From the NCBI RefSeq assembly GCF_004010195.1, contig NC_057720.1, positions 6,355,828 to 6,419,114 on the forward strand: a stretch of DNA of 63,287 bases. The letters are read 5' to 3'. Within the stretch, counting starts at the first letter, position 1; each line of letters opens with the position of its first letter. The translations under genes were made by a program, and so were the position numbers. The notes beneath the pieces are model-generated. The model did no database searches, had not been told where the DNA came from, and saw nothing but the letters and a program-made list of their open reading frames with translations. This stretch comes from Chiloscyllium plagiosum (Eukaryota). Of this stretch, positions 25,463 to 39,164 are shown piece after piece.

Positions 25463-26610
25463 TGCTGTAAGTATTGAGTACATCTATGAATTAAGAAATA
25501 GAGTTAATGTTTCAAGTCTGTGAAACTCTATTTCCATGCTCTGCATTTACAGCATTTTTGTTCCTTTTCAAGTCCCCTTCAAATCTTCAAACCCTTTTGA
25601 GTCATAAATCCATTTTCGTTTTGAAAGGATTATTTGATGTGGCATTGCCTGTTGGCACTGGGAGGTCTGGAACACAGATGGGATGATTAGTTATTTATAT
25701 GACCTGCGTCTTTAAGGCCATTGCCAAGGCATTCCCCATGGATCATTGACATAACTGACTTCCAAGGTCTAATGGTGTGGGAAAGCTCTCCAGATCACCA
25801 ATGGCTTTGCTCTTCTCTTTAAGGAGAGTGCAGCTTCAGAGGGGAGTAAAAAGCAAGAGATAACCAGGTTCTTCCTCTTTCAAATTGCTCATTTGTGGGT
25901 AACATCTGGAGTGTGGCATTTGGAGGGTGATGAATGCTTTCAAAATCTCGATATAATTGGATTATACTCTGAGAGAGATGTCCTCCCTCGTATCGTGCAA
26001 ATGCGCTCAAGAGCAGACAAGTTCTGTGGAGCTCCACTAATTATGACTCCACATAGCCTTTCTCTTTTTATTCGTAACTTCTCTATTCCACAGTGAAGCC
26101 AATTTTCAGACAGCTAATTTGCCATTAATTCCATTAGACTGGTTCTTTGTTAAAAGACAGACATGCAGAACTCCCTCAAAGTGTTGTAGATTATATCCTC
26201 TCAAAGATCCTTGTCTCCTAATTCAGTGACATTGTCAGAAGACTGTTGTAGTTTTGTGAGGCGTGACATATTGCTTCTTAAACCAGGCAGACTAATCCTT
26301 ATAGCTTCTATACTGTTTAGATCAAAATTGATTACACCTTGTAAATTGGTCTTAAGTATTTCCTGCGTGATCAATGTTAGACTTACTGGCCTATAATTCG
26401 ACAGTTTATGACTAAATACATTCCCTTGAATTTCAGAATTCCCTTCTCAGTCCTCAATCCAGGCTCCTGGAATTAAATAGCTGCCAAAAAGAAATATTAA
26501 TCCAGGGCTTCGGTTATTTTCTAAGTGATTTTAAAACGCAAATGTGTCCTGTCTTATCCAGATGCATCACCCAGAAAATTAACTGGAATCGATGCTGAGA
26601 TCACGAGATG

Positions 26611-27134
26611 TGAAATAACTCCACAGAGGCCAGCATCCCATCACCAAGTCACTCTTTATTAATGTGCGGAGAGTCCTTGACACTGATCCAGCTCCCTCAG
26701 AGGTAGCTCTCAGAGTAATCAGAACCTCTGTCACTCCTGTTTATTTATTTATTTTTTTTTTACAGTGAAAGACACAAAGTGCACCAATCTTTATTCAAAT
26801 TCCACCACCAGGAAGATAGGAAAACACCCGGGTGGCCAGTGACAAACACTGCCCTTCACATCAAAGGGCAGTGCTGTGTGATCAAAACAGTGAAGGGGAG
26901 GGTAGGGACTAAATCAAAATAGAATTGGAGGGAGAAATGATGCACTCCACTCCCTGCGGCGCCCACCTCTCCCTGAACAACTCCATGGTGTTGGTCGACA
27001 CCGCGTGCTCCTTCTCCAAGGGCACCCGGCACTCCTGTTTATGTCTGTCAGCCAGGGCTCCCTGATTGGATAGCCCCAATCAGGGTACTCATATTCTATA
27101 GGTCCATCTGGCTGACCTCATTACAATCACTACA
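26611..27134 (-). mobile_element. Solo LTR interrupted by a Tx1 fragment
   Basis: Minus strand TGTAGTGATTG...AATAAA...TTATTTCA (TG...CA); no clean TSD found. Confidence 0.6.
26745..27029 (-). mobile_element. 5'-truncated Tx1/L1-clade LINE
   Basis: Minus frame RVPLEKEHAVSTNTMELFRERWAPQGVECIISPSNSILI*, AATAAA, poly(A); 13-bp TSD cactcctgtttat (26732-26744, 27030-27042). Confidence 0.8.
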
Positions 27135-27997
27135 AAGGGCCCAAAAGGCTTTTTGTTGCTACTGGGGCATTTTGAGTGATTCAGAGACAGATGATAGCTA
27201 ACAACAAAAACAAAGTGCTGGGGAAACGCAGCAGGTCTGGCAGTACCTGTGGAGAGAGAAACAAGGCCAACATTTCAGATACCCAATAATTTGATTTAAA
27301 CTGGTTTCAAGAAAGTATTTTCCTTAGATCTGCAAATGTACATAGAGTCATACAGCACGGAAACAAACCAGTTTCGACCAGTCCATGCCAACCATAATCC
27401 CAAATTAGACTAGTCCCACCTGCCTACTCCTGGCCCATATTCCATCCCCCACCAAACCTTTGCTATTCATGTATGGAGAAACTGCTTCTCCCAAAGACTT
27501 GTGAATCTGTGGAATTTGCTACCCCAAATTACGGTGGATGCTGGGACAGTGAGTAAATTTAAGGAGGAGTTAGACAGATGTTTATTTGGTAATGGGTTGA
27601 GGGGCTATGGGGAGAAGGCAGGAAAATGGGGGTGAGGAGCATATCAGCCATGATCGAATGGCAGAGCAGGCACGATGGGCTGAATGGCCTAATTCTGCCC
27701 CTTTATCTTATGAACTTACGAACATTGAATATTTTCAAGAAAGATTATATGGCTGAGGGCTAAAGGGATTAAAGGGTATGGGGGAGAAAGTGGGAACACA
27801 ACAGAAGAGTGAGTTGGATAATCAGCTATTATCATATTGAATAACAGAATAAGTTCAAAGGGCCAAATAGCCTACTTCAGCTCCTATTTTCTATGTTTCT
27901 GAGTACAGTTCCCTCAGTCCATTAGATTAGATCATTTAACATCTTTTGAAAACTTTATAAAAACCATTTTAATGACTTTTCTTGTCCAAAGTGTACC

Positions 27998-28052
27998 AAC
28001 ATCATTATCATTGTCATTCTCATTATCATTGTCATTGGCATTGGCATTGGCA
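27998..28052. repeat. Hexamer microsatellite (CATTnn)n
   Basis: cattat cattgt cattct cattat cattgt cattgg cattgg cattgg. Confidence 0.85.
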
Positions 28053-28227
28053 GTCCCTGAATTCGGGGAATGAGCTGACTCAGAACTCTGGGTTTTGTAG
28101 GTCTGGGTCTGAACAGGCTGGTTCTTGATTTGTAGATGGTAACACCCGTGAGGCAAAGGGAAGCAGGGAGCAATATTTGCTTCCATTCTCTGCCTCATCA
28201 TGATGGTTACATCTTACAACAACAATA

Positions 28228-28562
28228 ATCATAGGATCCCTCTTGTGTGGAAGCACACCTTTCAGGCCATCGAGTCTACACCAATCCTCTGAAGTGCATC
28301 CCACCCTACCATATCACTGTAACCCTGCATTTCCCAAGGCTAACCCTCCTAGCCTGCGCATCCTTAGACACTGTGGGTAATTCAGCATGGTCAATCCACC
28401 CTAACCTGCACATCTTTGGACAGTGGTAGGAAACTGGAGCAGTCAGAGGAAACCCACGCAGACACGGGGAGAATGTGCAAACTCCATACAGTCAATTGTC
28501 TGAGCCTAGAATTGAAGCCATGTTCCTGGTGCTGTGGGGACGTAAGGCTAGCCACCATGCCA
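28228..28562 (-). mobile_element. Older HE1-type V-SINE
   Basis: Antisense V-domain (gaggaaacccacgcagacacggggagaatgtgcaaactcc). Confidence 0.8.
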
Positions 28563-28828
28563 CATTCATCGCTGATGTTTGTGCTGCCCCATTATTGATT
28601 TACACTATTAATCGTGGTAGCTCCTTGCTGACAAACCTGGCATTGCTCTTTCTTCAGTGGTACCAAGGCAATAAATGGCCCTGTGGAGCAAGTATGGAAT
28701 AAGAGAAAGCGAGGACTGCAGATGCTGGAGTACCAGAGTTGAAAAATGTGGATATAAGGATGGAACCCTGCTGAAAGACAGAAAAATACACCAGACAATT
28801 ATTAATTATCTACATTTATAATGCACAT

Positions 28829-29433
28829 TGTGATGAAGCAGCTCCTTTAACAAGGTCATGCAGTCCTTGGCTTCTTTCAGAGATGTTGTAAATGACAGAC
28901 TCCGAAACGTCTGGGGTTAAAGGGTTTTAGGGCCAATGTGATAATGCCTAACAGATACTGCCTCAGGCAGAAGGCTTTCAAGTTAAAAAAACACATTTGT
29001 ACAATGAAAGGGGTGTGGCCTGTTCTCCCAGGTTAACTTTTCTTTAAGCAGTAGTGTGGAAAATCTGCTAGACCCAGAAGCAGGTCCAGGCTGGTCCTTT
29101 CTCTCTGATTTCTCTCCTGTAAGAGCCTGTGTTTGATTTTAACTTTTGTGCCAAAGCAGTGTTTATGGGGATTGTTGCAAATATTTGAACAGCATCATGA
29201 ATTTGGGATAGCCAATTAGGTTTTTGGATGGTTATTCGGTATTCTGTTTTCCGTTCTTTGTGCTTCATTCAGTCATCTTGTAAATAGATTCTGTTTTGTT
29301 TAAAACTAAGTGGTTTGACCAGCTGCATCTCTCCTGAAATACCCACTCTACACCTGCTTAAAACAACTAACAAAGTTAGGGTCCAGGCTACCTTCTTCAG
29401 ATGTTTTAAGGGGGACTGGCCTGGTCCATAACA
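28829..29433 (+). mobile_element. Solo LTR (605 bp)
   Basis: TGTGATG...CATAACA termini with 4-bp TSD acat (28825-28828, 29434-29437); strand tentative. Confidence 0.8.
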
Positions 29434-30349
29434 ACATCTACAAAATATGTTGCTACATCTATGTAGCACCTTTAACATAAACCATCCCAAGGTGCTTCTC
29501 AGCTGGGAGTAGTGTAAAAATAATTTGACATTATATACATTTTCTCTTTGCCTCCAGAGGGCTTTGCCAGTGCAATCAATGAGAATGTACAAGACAAAAA
29601 TCAACTCCTTTCTGGAGAAGAATGATGTCAAGGGATATGGCGATAATGTGGGAAAATGGCGTTGAGTTTGATGAATAGTCATGATCTAACTGAAGGCTAC
29701 AGCAGGATTAATGGGCTGAATAGACACTGGCTCCAAACGTCTGCACTGAGCCATATATATATTAGGCCAAATAGCCAAAAACTTAATTAAAGAGGTTTTA
29801 AAGCATGCCTTCAAAAGTGATGGAGAGAAGTAGCAAGGTGTACCGAAGGGTGGTCCAAAATTTAGAGTCTCGACAACATGGCCACCAATAATGGAGCAAT
29901 TAAAAACAGGAATGCTGCAGGGGCCAGGAAGGCATTATCTCAGAGGGTTGTAGAGTTGAAGGAGGGTTTTGAAAAGAAGAATGAGAATTTGAAATCAGGT
30001 CAATGCTTGACAAGAACCGATGCAAGCCAAAAAAGCACAGGGGTGAACGGGGATCGAGGCTTGGTGCGGGATGAGTTACAGGCAGCAGAGCTTTGGATAG
30101 TCTCAGGTTGGTTGTGGATAGAATGTGAGAGATAAGCCTGGAGTGTGCAGGATAGTTCAGTCTTGAGATAAAAGGCATAACTGAGGATTTCAGCAGCCGA
30201 TGAGCTGAGGCAGCGGTAATGATGAGTGATGCCACGAGAGGTGGAAAGAGGCAGTTTCAGTAATGGCCTGATGGTGTGGTCAAAAGTTCACCTTGGGGTG
30301 AGATGTGACAAGGGGGCAAGATGAGTTTGTTACTGTCTGGCACTTACGT

Positions 30350-30950
30350 GTAAAAACATGGGAATAATAGGAGGCCATTCAGCCCCTCAAGTCTATTACT
30401 CCATTCAGTGAGATCAAGGCTGATCCGTGACCCAACTCCATATACATACCATTGGCCCGTATCCCTTAATATGTTCGCTTATCAAAAAAATTATGTATCT
30501 CAGATTTAAAATTTAATTGATCCTGCAATCATTGCCAAACTTCTCCCACTCTTTGTGTGTAGAATTAGTGATTAGTGTCATAGAGTCACAGAGATGTACA
30601 GCATGGAAACAGACCCTTCGGTCCAACCCGTCCATGCCGACCAGATATCCCAACCCAATCTAGTCCCAGCTGCCAGCACCCGGCCCATATCCCTCCAAAC
30701 CCTTCCTGTTCATATTGTTTCATATTGTTTCCTAATATCGGAGTAACTCGATGGGCCAAATGGCCTTACTTCCACTCCTATGTCTATATCTCATGGTCTA
30801 ACATCTCTCCTGAATGGTCTGCCCCTAGTTCTAGAATCTCCAGTCAGTGGAAATAATTTATTTTTATCTACCTTGTCTTTTCCTGTTAATATCCTGAAGC
30901 CTTTGATTAGATCACCCCTTAACCTCCTAGATTCTAGAGAAAACAGGCTT
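30350..30950 (-). mobile_element. CR1-group 3' end with a young HER1-type tail inserted (about 30578-30715)
   Basis: LSLFSLESRRLRGDLIKGFRIL on the minus strand; the insert is nearly the reverse complement of 6770-6908. Confidence 0.8.
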
Positions 30951-30962
30951 AATTTGTATGTC

Positions 30963-31167
30963 AAAATGTGTAGCACTGAAAAAGCAGGTCAGGCAGCATC
31001 CGAGGAGCAGGAGAGTCGATGTTTCGGGCATAAGTCCTTCATCAGGAATGAAGGTTATGCCTGAATTGTTGACTCTCCTGCTCCTCGAATGCTGACTGCC
31101 CTGCTGTGCACTTTCAGCGCCATGTTTTTTGACTCTGATCTCCAGCATCTGCAGGCCTCACTTTCTC
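30963..31167. mobile_element. Inverted PLE family A pair with TSD
   Basis: 15-bp TSD cttaatttgtatgtc (30948-30962, 31168-31182); minus and plus termini face outward. Confidence 0.85.
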
Positions 31168-31874
31168 CTTAATTTGTATGTCGCCTGTCAGTTGCTACAA
31201 ATGTTACCTGACACTTGGCAAGTCCTGATATTAACCAGATCCACGAGTAGTCCTGCAGGGAGGAGTTGTGAATGGAGCTGAGGATTCTGGATTTCCCGGG
31301 AATGGTCATATTCCTGACTGAATGATAAGGGACAAGAATGTGGCATCTACGACAGAATCCTGCTTCCCATATTCTGCTAGTTGCCTGTGTACATTGCAAA
31401 GTTTCACAGGCCATGAAGCCAGTTAAATTCTGGTCTTTTACTTGAGGGATCTGGAGTCAGAACCAGTCCAGAATTACTGGGAAAAAAAACCAACTGGTGA
31501 TGAATAGTTTTGAGCAGCAAACTGTTCAGTTCCAACATGCATCTAAAGCAATAACAGTCCAAAAGTGAATACAATGGTGACAGTCTCTCATGGTGAAGAC
31601 ACAAGATACCAGATATGCAAATTTGATGGGGTATCGATGAACATCCTTCAGATTTTGAGGCTGGGATTAGAGGAAACAAATTATCTGCATCTAATTGTTC
31701 AACAACTGAGCAGGGTTGCCAGAAAAAGGCGGTGGTGTAGTGCTAATGTTACGGGATTAGCAATCAGGAACCCCAGGTGAATGTTCAGGGGGCCATGGTT
31801 AGATTCCCGCCATCTTCTGTCTGTTTGAGAGTTCCAATCGCAGCATGTAAGAGCAGCACCCATGAGTGTTATTG

Positions 31875-32215
31875 GGCAGTACGGTGGCTTAGTGGTTAAC
31901 ACTGCTGCCTCACAGTGCAAGCATCCCAGATTTACTTATATCTTTGGGTCATTGTCTGTGGAGTTTGTACATTCTCCCCATGTCTGTGTGGGTTTCCTCT
32001 CGGTGCTCCGATTTCCTCCCACAATCCAAAGATGTACAGGTTATATGGATTGGGCAAACTAAATTACCCATTGTGTCCAGGGTTGTGCAGGCTGGGTGGG
32101 TTAGTCATGGGAAATGCAGGGTTACAGGGATAGGGTAGGGGTGTGAGTCTGAGTGAGCTGCTCTTTGGTCTGGGCTGTTTGGCCTGCTTCTAAACTGTAG
32201 GGATCCCATAATTCT
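31875..32215 (+). mobile_element. HE1 V-SINE
   Basis: Head ggtggcttagtggttaacactgctgcctcacag, V-domain and tail. Confidence 0.85.
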
Positions 32216-32254
32216 ATCAAAGATTCACAAACGTCTGGTTTAAAGACCTGGTCT

Positions 32255-32753
32255 TGCAAAACACCCCGCAAGGACTGTAATAAACACTACATTGGATAAA
32301 CAGGCAGAAAACTAGCCACCAGGATACATGAACATCAACTAGCCACAAAATGACATGATCCTCTCTCACTAGAATCCTCACATACAGATGAGGAAGGACA
32401 CCACTTTGACTGGGACAACTCATCCATCCTTGGACAAGCCAAACAGTGACGTACATGAGAATTCCTCGAAGCATGGCATTCCAACCGGAACTCTATCAAC
32501 AAACACATCAATTTAGATTCCATCTACCTCCCTCTGTGAAAACGAACAGGAAGTGGCATCACCACAGGAAATGACATCACCAACTCAAGGAAATCTCAGC
32601 ATATAAATAAAAACAGGACACAACACTTGCACTTCACCAGAGGCTTACTGATGATGTGACCTAGTATGGTGACGAAACATCTGAAAATGAACCTTCCAGC
32701 TCAGTGAGCAAACTTACATCCAGAACCTCAACCTGAGCTACAAATCTTCTCAC
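32255..32753 (+). mobile_element. 5'-truncated Penelope-like element, family D (GIY-YIG plus pLTR)
   Basis: Decayed KDCNKHYIG*TGRKLATRIHEH...FDWDN...EFLEAWHSNRNSINKHINLD; degenerate hammerhead 32645-32684; 14-bp TSD taaaga(c/g)ctggtct (32241-32254, 32754-32767). Confidence 0.9.
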
Positions 32754-34034
32754 TAAAGAGCTGGTCTGATGTTAATTGCTGTAGAAACCCATCTGATCCA
32801 CTAATGCTCTTTGGGGAAGAAAATCTGCTGTTCTTACCTGTTCTGGTTTACATGTGACTCCAGACAGCAATGTGAATTGTGACTCTCAATGACTGGGCAA
32901 TTAGGGATAGATAATAAATCCTGTGAACAGAAAAAAGATAAGCAAGATGGCAGTGAGGGAGATTTCTTTTCTCTGAAGAGTGTTATTAATCTATGGAATC
33001 TTGTCCCCACAGAGCATTGAAGGTTGGATCATTACCCACATTATTATCCAGGATTGAATGCTCAGTCCCACCATTCGATGAATCACTGCACCGACCTTCT
33101 GCACTGTTAATTCCCTGTAATTATATGAGGAAGTCTATGTGGGCAGCTCTCAAATTCTCCCAACTAAACCTATTGCTCAGTAACCAATCCCTTTGCAATC
33201 ACTTCATTGGATGGCTTCTTGACTGCTAACAGGGCTTTTTGTCTACAAATCTCATGTTAATGATGTGAAGGCTTTCCCGAATACTGCTTTTTCTAATTTG
33301 GTCTTTTTGTTTATTCACTATATCTTCTCAAGCTTCTGTGATTACCGCCCCCCCGCCCCCCTCAACTCCCCCCATTTAGATGACTGCTCCATCATTCCTT
33401 GTCAATTGTGCCTGTCTATCATGGCGTTATAGATCTCCTCTTCCAAGTCATTCAATACACTCTAAACTACACACCTTTCCTTAGAGCCTATAATTCCTTT
33501 GAAACAGTTCCTGTCAAATAAACAGTCTACAAACACAGATTATGATGTATTAATAAATCATATTTTGCTCAGACACAGCCTATAAAAATTTTAACATTTC
33601 CAAATCATTGTAAACCAAGATATTATACATGTGGGTTATTAATTTTATATCATACACAAAAGAGGCATGATGTTAACTACAAGCCTGATGTGTAAGCACA
33701 CTTAGTAATTCATACGTAACAAATGATATGTAAAGCACTTTACATGGAAGTAAAAACATAAATAACAGCTACAATAAAAATCAGTGAAATGGTATAATTG
33801 AAATGATTTGAATCTTCTTGATTTTTATTCAATTTATCTTCTTACTTTTGTTTAAATTGGTTTGGTCTTTTAGGTGCCTAATGCTCATTTAATTAAAAGG
33901 GTTCATTTACCACCCACGAGTTACAGGTCTTGGTGGCTTGTAAAATTTCAATTCTACTCTCACAATGAATTTGCAAGAAATGTACTGCTCAGCATCTGAG
34001 TACTGTTGACATTTTGTGCATATGCAATTGCATA

Positions 34035-35380
34035 GGCAGTGCAGTGGCTCAGTGGTTAGCACTGCCAGTTAGCATTGCCAGTTACTAGCGGCGTACCGCA
34101 AGGGTCAGTGTTGGGTCCACTGCTGTTCGTCATTTTTATAAATGACCTGGATGAGGGCTTAGAAGGGTGGGTTTGTAAATTTGCGGACGACACTAAGGTT
34201 GGTGGAGTTGTGGATAGTGACGAAGGATGTAGTAGGTTGCAGAGGGACATAGATAGGATGCAGAGCTGGGCTGAAAGGTGGCAAATGGAGTTTAATGTGG
34301 ACAAGTGTGAGGTGATACACCTTGGACGGAGTAATTGGAATGCAAAGTACTGGGCTAATGGTAAAATTCTTGGGAGTGCAGATGAGCAGAGAGATCTCGG
34401 TGTCCATGTGCACAGATCCCTGAAAGTTGCCAGCCAGATTGACAGGGCTGTTAAGAAGGCATACAGTGTTTTGGCCTTTATTAATAGAGGGATTGAGTTC
34501 CGGAACCAGGAGGTTATGCTGCAGCTGTACAAAGCTCTGGTACGGCCACACTTGGAGTATTGTGTACAGTTCTGGTCACCGCATTATAAGAAGGATGTGG
34601 AAGCTTTGGAAAGGGTGCAGAGGAGATTTACTAGGATGTTGCCTGGCACGGAAGGAATGTCTTACGAGGAAAGGCTGAGGGCCTTGAGGCTGTTCTTGTT
34701 AGAGAGAAGAACGTTTGAGAGGTGACTTAATAGAGACATACAAGATAATCAGAGGGTTAGATAGGGTAGACAGGGAGAGCCTTTTTCCAAGTCTGGGGAC
34801 GGCAAACATGAGGGGACACAACTTTAAAGTGAGGGGAGATAGGTATAAGACAGATGTCAGAGGTAGTTTCTTTCCTCAGAGAGTAGTAAGGGTATGGAAT
34901 ACTTTGCCTGCACGGTAGTAGATTCTCCAAGTTTAAGTGCATTTAAGTCATCATTGGACAGGCATATGGATGTACATGGAATAGTGTAGGTGGGATGGGC
35001 TTCAGATTAGTATGACAGGGCGGCGCAACATTGAGGGCCGAAGGGCCTATACTGCGCTGTAATGTTCTATGTTCTAAGTTCTATGTTCTATGTTCTATGC
35101 TGCCTCACAGTATCGGGACCTGGGTTTGATTCCAGCCTCAGGTGACTGTCCGTGTGGAGTCTGTATGTTGTCTGTGTGGACTACCAGTGGACGTTCTGGA
35201 TTTCTTGCTCAGATTAGGTGGATTGGACGTGCTAAAATAACCTGTAGCGTTCGGGAAAAGCAAGTCAGGCTTGATAAATGTGGGGATAAGGTAGGGGGCT
35301 GAGTCTGGTGGGATGCCCTTTGGAGTGTTGATGAAGACTAGAAGGGCCAAATGGCCTTTTCTCATACTGTAGCAATTCCA
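34035..35380 (+). mobile_element. HE1 V-SINE split by a CR1 insertion
   Basis: Head to gttagcactgc (about 34064) resumes as tgctgcctcacag at about 35098. Confidence 0.8.
34075..35097 (+). mobile_element. Relatively young 5'-truncated CR1 LINE
   Basis: 216-aa open RT frame ([28 protein letters not shown]), one frameshift, (GTTCTAT)n tail. Confidence 0.93.
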
Positions 35381-36731
35381 TGTGGAGACTTTAATGTGAA
35401 GGGCATGCATTCAGACCAGCATAAAGCTAAAGCCTGATTACAATAACTTAGGTTGGTCATTACTGTCGGATTGTGCTGTTCCCCATAATGGGTTGGATAG
35501 GAAAGCAAGCATTAAAACTTGCGTTTTTATTTGCAATCTTGTAGTTCACGTGGAGAAAAGAAGAATTTCTCAGCTGTCTGCCTGATGCTCTGTTTTGTTG
35601 GAATGTTGGGTGCCAGCATAGGCCCAACAGGAAACCCAAGTCCTGCTCAGGGACAGAAGTCTCCGTGTCACATGAGGCTGCATTTCTGTTTGGTTGCTGC
35701 TTTCCAGCACTCAGTCTCTGCCGTGAGGGCAGGTTCTTGTTGAGAGACCCCCACAAGTGGCCTGGGACTGAATGTCATATCGCTGCTTATTCACTCACTG
35801 GCACATCTTCCACGGCTTTCCATAGTCCAGTACAAGCGCGAGTCTACTCTCTCAGCCCCCCATCTTCACAACCACTGAGGAGAACTTTAATTATTGAATA
35901 TCCACCCACCAAATTAACAAATGAAAACAATTAATCAGGAACAATTAACTCGTTTCACCCTGCGGGGCAGTGTAATAAAAACAAAAGTGAAGAAAAGAGA
36001 GGAACAAGGGGAGGGACTAAATTAAACTGGAGTTGGAATAATGCCTTCTACTCCCCTCCCCATCTCTATTCAGGACCCCTTTCCTTTTGAATCATGGGGA
36101 TGTTCTGGTGCAGGTGGGTCTTGAGTCCAGGTGTCCTGGCTCAGACGCAGTGACACTACCACTCCACTACACAGACCCTTTGCGCAGTCTTCACTTTCCT
36201 GTCGAGAGATGCTATTACACACATCTGGACGTTTTTCTTTTCTTGATTGCTATCACCTTGTGTTTCTACGTAGAGAAGGATGATCACACGTTACATACCA
36301 GGGCTGGTTCAGCAATAAAAACTATCAGGGAGGGTAACGAGAGAGGGAGGGGACTAAATTAAAATGGAGTTGGAGGGGTAAGAGATGCCTATCTCAGTCT
36401 GAAAGCTCTGAGGTTATTGGTAGACTTAGGGTGTCCATGTCATATTTTCTCATCAGCTTATTACAACACCCCCGCCCGGAGCAGGTGTGACTTAAACCCA
36501 AGTTGCTTGGCTGAAGAGGGAGGAACACTATCAATGTACCACAAGAACCCCTTAGGAAACCTGTAAATATATGAATATTATCTCTAGAGGTTGTATTGTC
36601 TGATTCTTAAGGGGACCATCATTTATAATCTTGTCACAGAAAGCTCTTCCTTTGAAAGAACAATGCCTTAAATATTCTTTTATCCCTCTAATGGGATGTC
36701 AGCATTGCTCTCAAGGCTAGGACTTATCACA

Positions 36732-37082
36732 GCGTGGTGGCTCAGTGGTTAGCACTGCTGCCTCACAGTACTAGGGACCCGGGTTTGATTCCAGCTTCGG
36801 GTGACTGTCTGTGTGGAGTTTGCATGTCCTCCCAGTGTCCGCGTGGGTTTCCTCCAGGTACTCCAGTTTCCTCCCACAGTCCAAAGATGGGCAGGTTTGG
36901 TGGGTTGGCCATGCTAAATTACCCATAGTGTTCAGGGATGTGTAGGTTAGGTGCATTAGTCAGGGGAAATGTCAAGTAATAGGATAGGAGAATGGGTCTG
37001 GTTGGGTTACTCTTCGGAGGATCAGTGTGGACTTGTTGGGCCAAATGGCTTGTTTCCACACTGTAGGGGTTCTATGATTCTT
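36732..37082 (+). mobile_element. HE1 V-SINE
   Basis: A/B boxes, V-domain and tail. Confidence 0.88.
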
Positions 37083-37239
37083 ATCACTCATTCTTTCCTG
37101 CCCTTGAGGAGGTGATGGTGAGACTCTTTGTTGAGCCACCTCCATCCCTGAGGTACACCCATGCCCACAGTGCATGGAGGGTTAGGGAGTTCCAGGATGT
37201 TGACAAGGATAAAAGATACTTTCTTTTTACTAATTGATA

Positions 37240-37490
37240 GGATGAGGGTGTCCCTGACCAGGCCAGCATTTTTTGCCCATCCCTAATTTCCCAGAGGGCT
37301 GTTTAAGAGTCAATCACATTTCTCAAGGTCTGAGGTCACGTGTAAATCAGACCAGGTAAGGATGGCTGTTTCCTTCCCTAAAGGACATGAGTGAATCAGA
37401 TGGGTTTTTTCAACAGTCAGCAATGAATTTATTGACATCATTAGACTCTTAATTCCAGATTCTTTATTGAATTCAAATTCTACCATCTGC
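37240..37490 (-). mobile_element. Second-family SINE, truncated at the telomeric tract
   Basis: Reverse complement of the 57375-57730 body. Confidence 0.75.
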
Positions 37491-37803
37491 TAGGGTTAGG
37501 GTTAGGGTTAGGGTTGGGTTAAGGTTAGGGATAGTTTGGGATAGGGGTAGGATAGGGTTAGGGTTAGGATGGGGTCAAGGTTAGTATAAGGGCTTGTGTT
37601 AGGGTTAATCTAGTAGTTAGGGTTAGGGCGAGAGTTAGAGTTCAGGTTAGGATAAGGGTTAGGGTTAGGGTTGGGTTAGGATTAGGATAGGGTTGGGATT
37701 AAGGTTAGTATAAGGGCTTGGGTTAGGGTTAATCTAGTAGTGAGGGTTAGGGGTAGAGTTAGAGTTGAAATTAAGGTCAGGATTATGGTTAGGGTTAGGG
37801 TTA
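37491..37803 (+). repeat. Degenerate interstitial telomeric (TTAGGG)n tract
   Basis: Runs of ttaggg with variants; internal duplication with about 124-bp period. Confidence 0.9.
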
Positions 37804-39164
37804 AGTTACAATTAACCCTGGTGTCCACACCACTACTCAACCCTCAAGCAAACAGATTATCTGGTTATCCTAACATTGCCATTATGGTATCTTGTTGTGC
37901 GTAAAGTGAGGCTGTGTTTCCTCCACCATACCTCTTCAGAAGCTCATCCTCAGCTGTAAAGCCATCTGCAACAGCCCGAAGATTGTAAGCGCGTCTTTAA
38001 TAGCTATCAGTCTTGTCTTTCTCTCTTTCTGATATTTTTGATTGAAGGAATATCCGCAGGCTCACTCAGCACTGCACATTCCTCCCTCCCCAGGCTTGCT
38101 TCTCTGTTTCACCACCCTTGGCGAAACTTAATGTCCATGCAGCAGAAAAATAGCGACCCAGCCCATCATCTCTTTTCTGCGCCAGCTGTCTCTCGTTGCC
38201 ATAACATTCAATCAGATCTGCCTGTTGAGACATTTTTGAATCATTTAACATTCTCTCTTTAGTAGGGCTGTGGTTTCTTCTGCCGAGAGCTAAGCTACCT
38301 ATTTATGACAACCTGCATTATTACTAAGGTAGCCATTTACTACACCCCCTATAATTCTCTCAAGCATTTGCTACAATGATGTCAAGCTTGCTGACCTTGC
38401 TTGCGAGGTCATGTTTTGGGTTTAATTAAAGATAAATTACTCACCTTTAGGCATAGATACCAAACACTACCGTTGAGTCCAAATGAGAAAAGAAAGAACA
38501 TTGGAATACCTGTAATCAATACTTAGGTCCTCCTTGCTTGAGTCTTGTCAGAGTGTGTCCCAGGTGGTTTCATTTGGACATTTCACCCAAGGCAGCAAGC
38601 AACTTTAAGATTCTCAGACTCAATTTGATTTGTCTGAGGAAACGAAATTACTCACAACAAAACTGGAAAACTTTTTTTTAAAAATCATTGATTTCTTGTT
38701 TTAGTGAGGAATTTATCAGTAAGTTGAAGAAGTAAAATGATAACGTTGAAATGCAGAGCAGAAGGAGGCCACTCTGCCCTCAGACCCTACTACACCATTT
38801 AATAATTGGTTCTTTGTGAACTGACTCAATGCGTATTTCCTGTTTACTGTTCATACAATTTGATGCCTTTAAAATAGATCTTAAGTCCATAAGACTGTAA
38901 CGGAAAGGAGCAGAATTAAGCCATTCAACCTGTCATGTCTGCCCCGGCATTCAATCAGTGTTGCAATGTTTCTCAACCTCATTCTCCTTCCTTCTCCCTG
39001 TAATCCTTGATGTCCCCTTTCTAATCAAGAACCCTTTCCATCTCTGACTTAAATACACACAATGACTTGGCCTCCACTGCCCGCTGTGGCGATGTTTTCC
39101 ATAGAATCACCCACCCTCTGGCTAAAGAAATCCCTCTTCATCTCAGTTCTGAGGCTGTGCCAAT

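Noticed and set aside
27932..28201. ORF with an Asn/Asp-rich tract
   Set aside because: The tract is a hexamer microsatellite; no recognisable domain or supported splice structure.
38430..38660. Possible minus-strand exon (polypyrimidine-AG acceptor near 38635, GTGAGT donor near 38440)
   Set aside because: No convincing open frame or homology; splice-like motifs alone are too common. RNA-seq would be needed.
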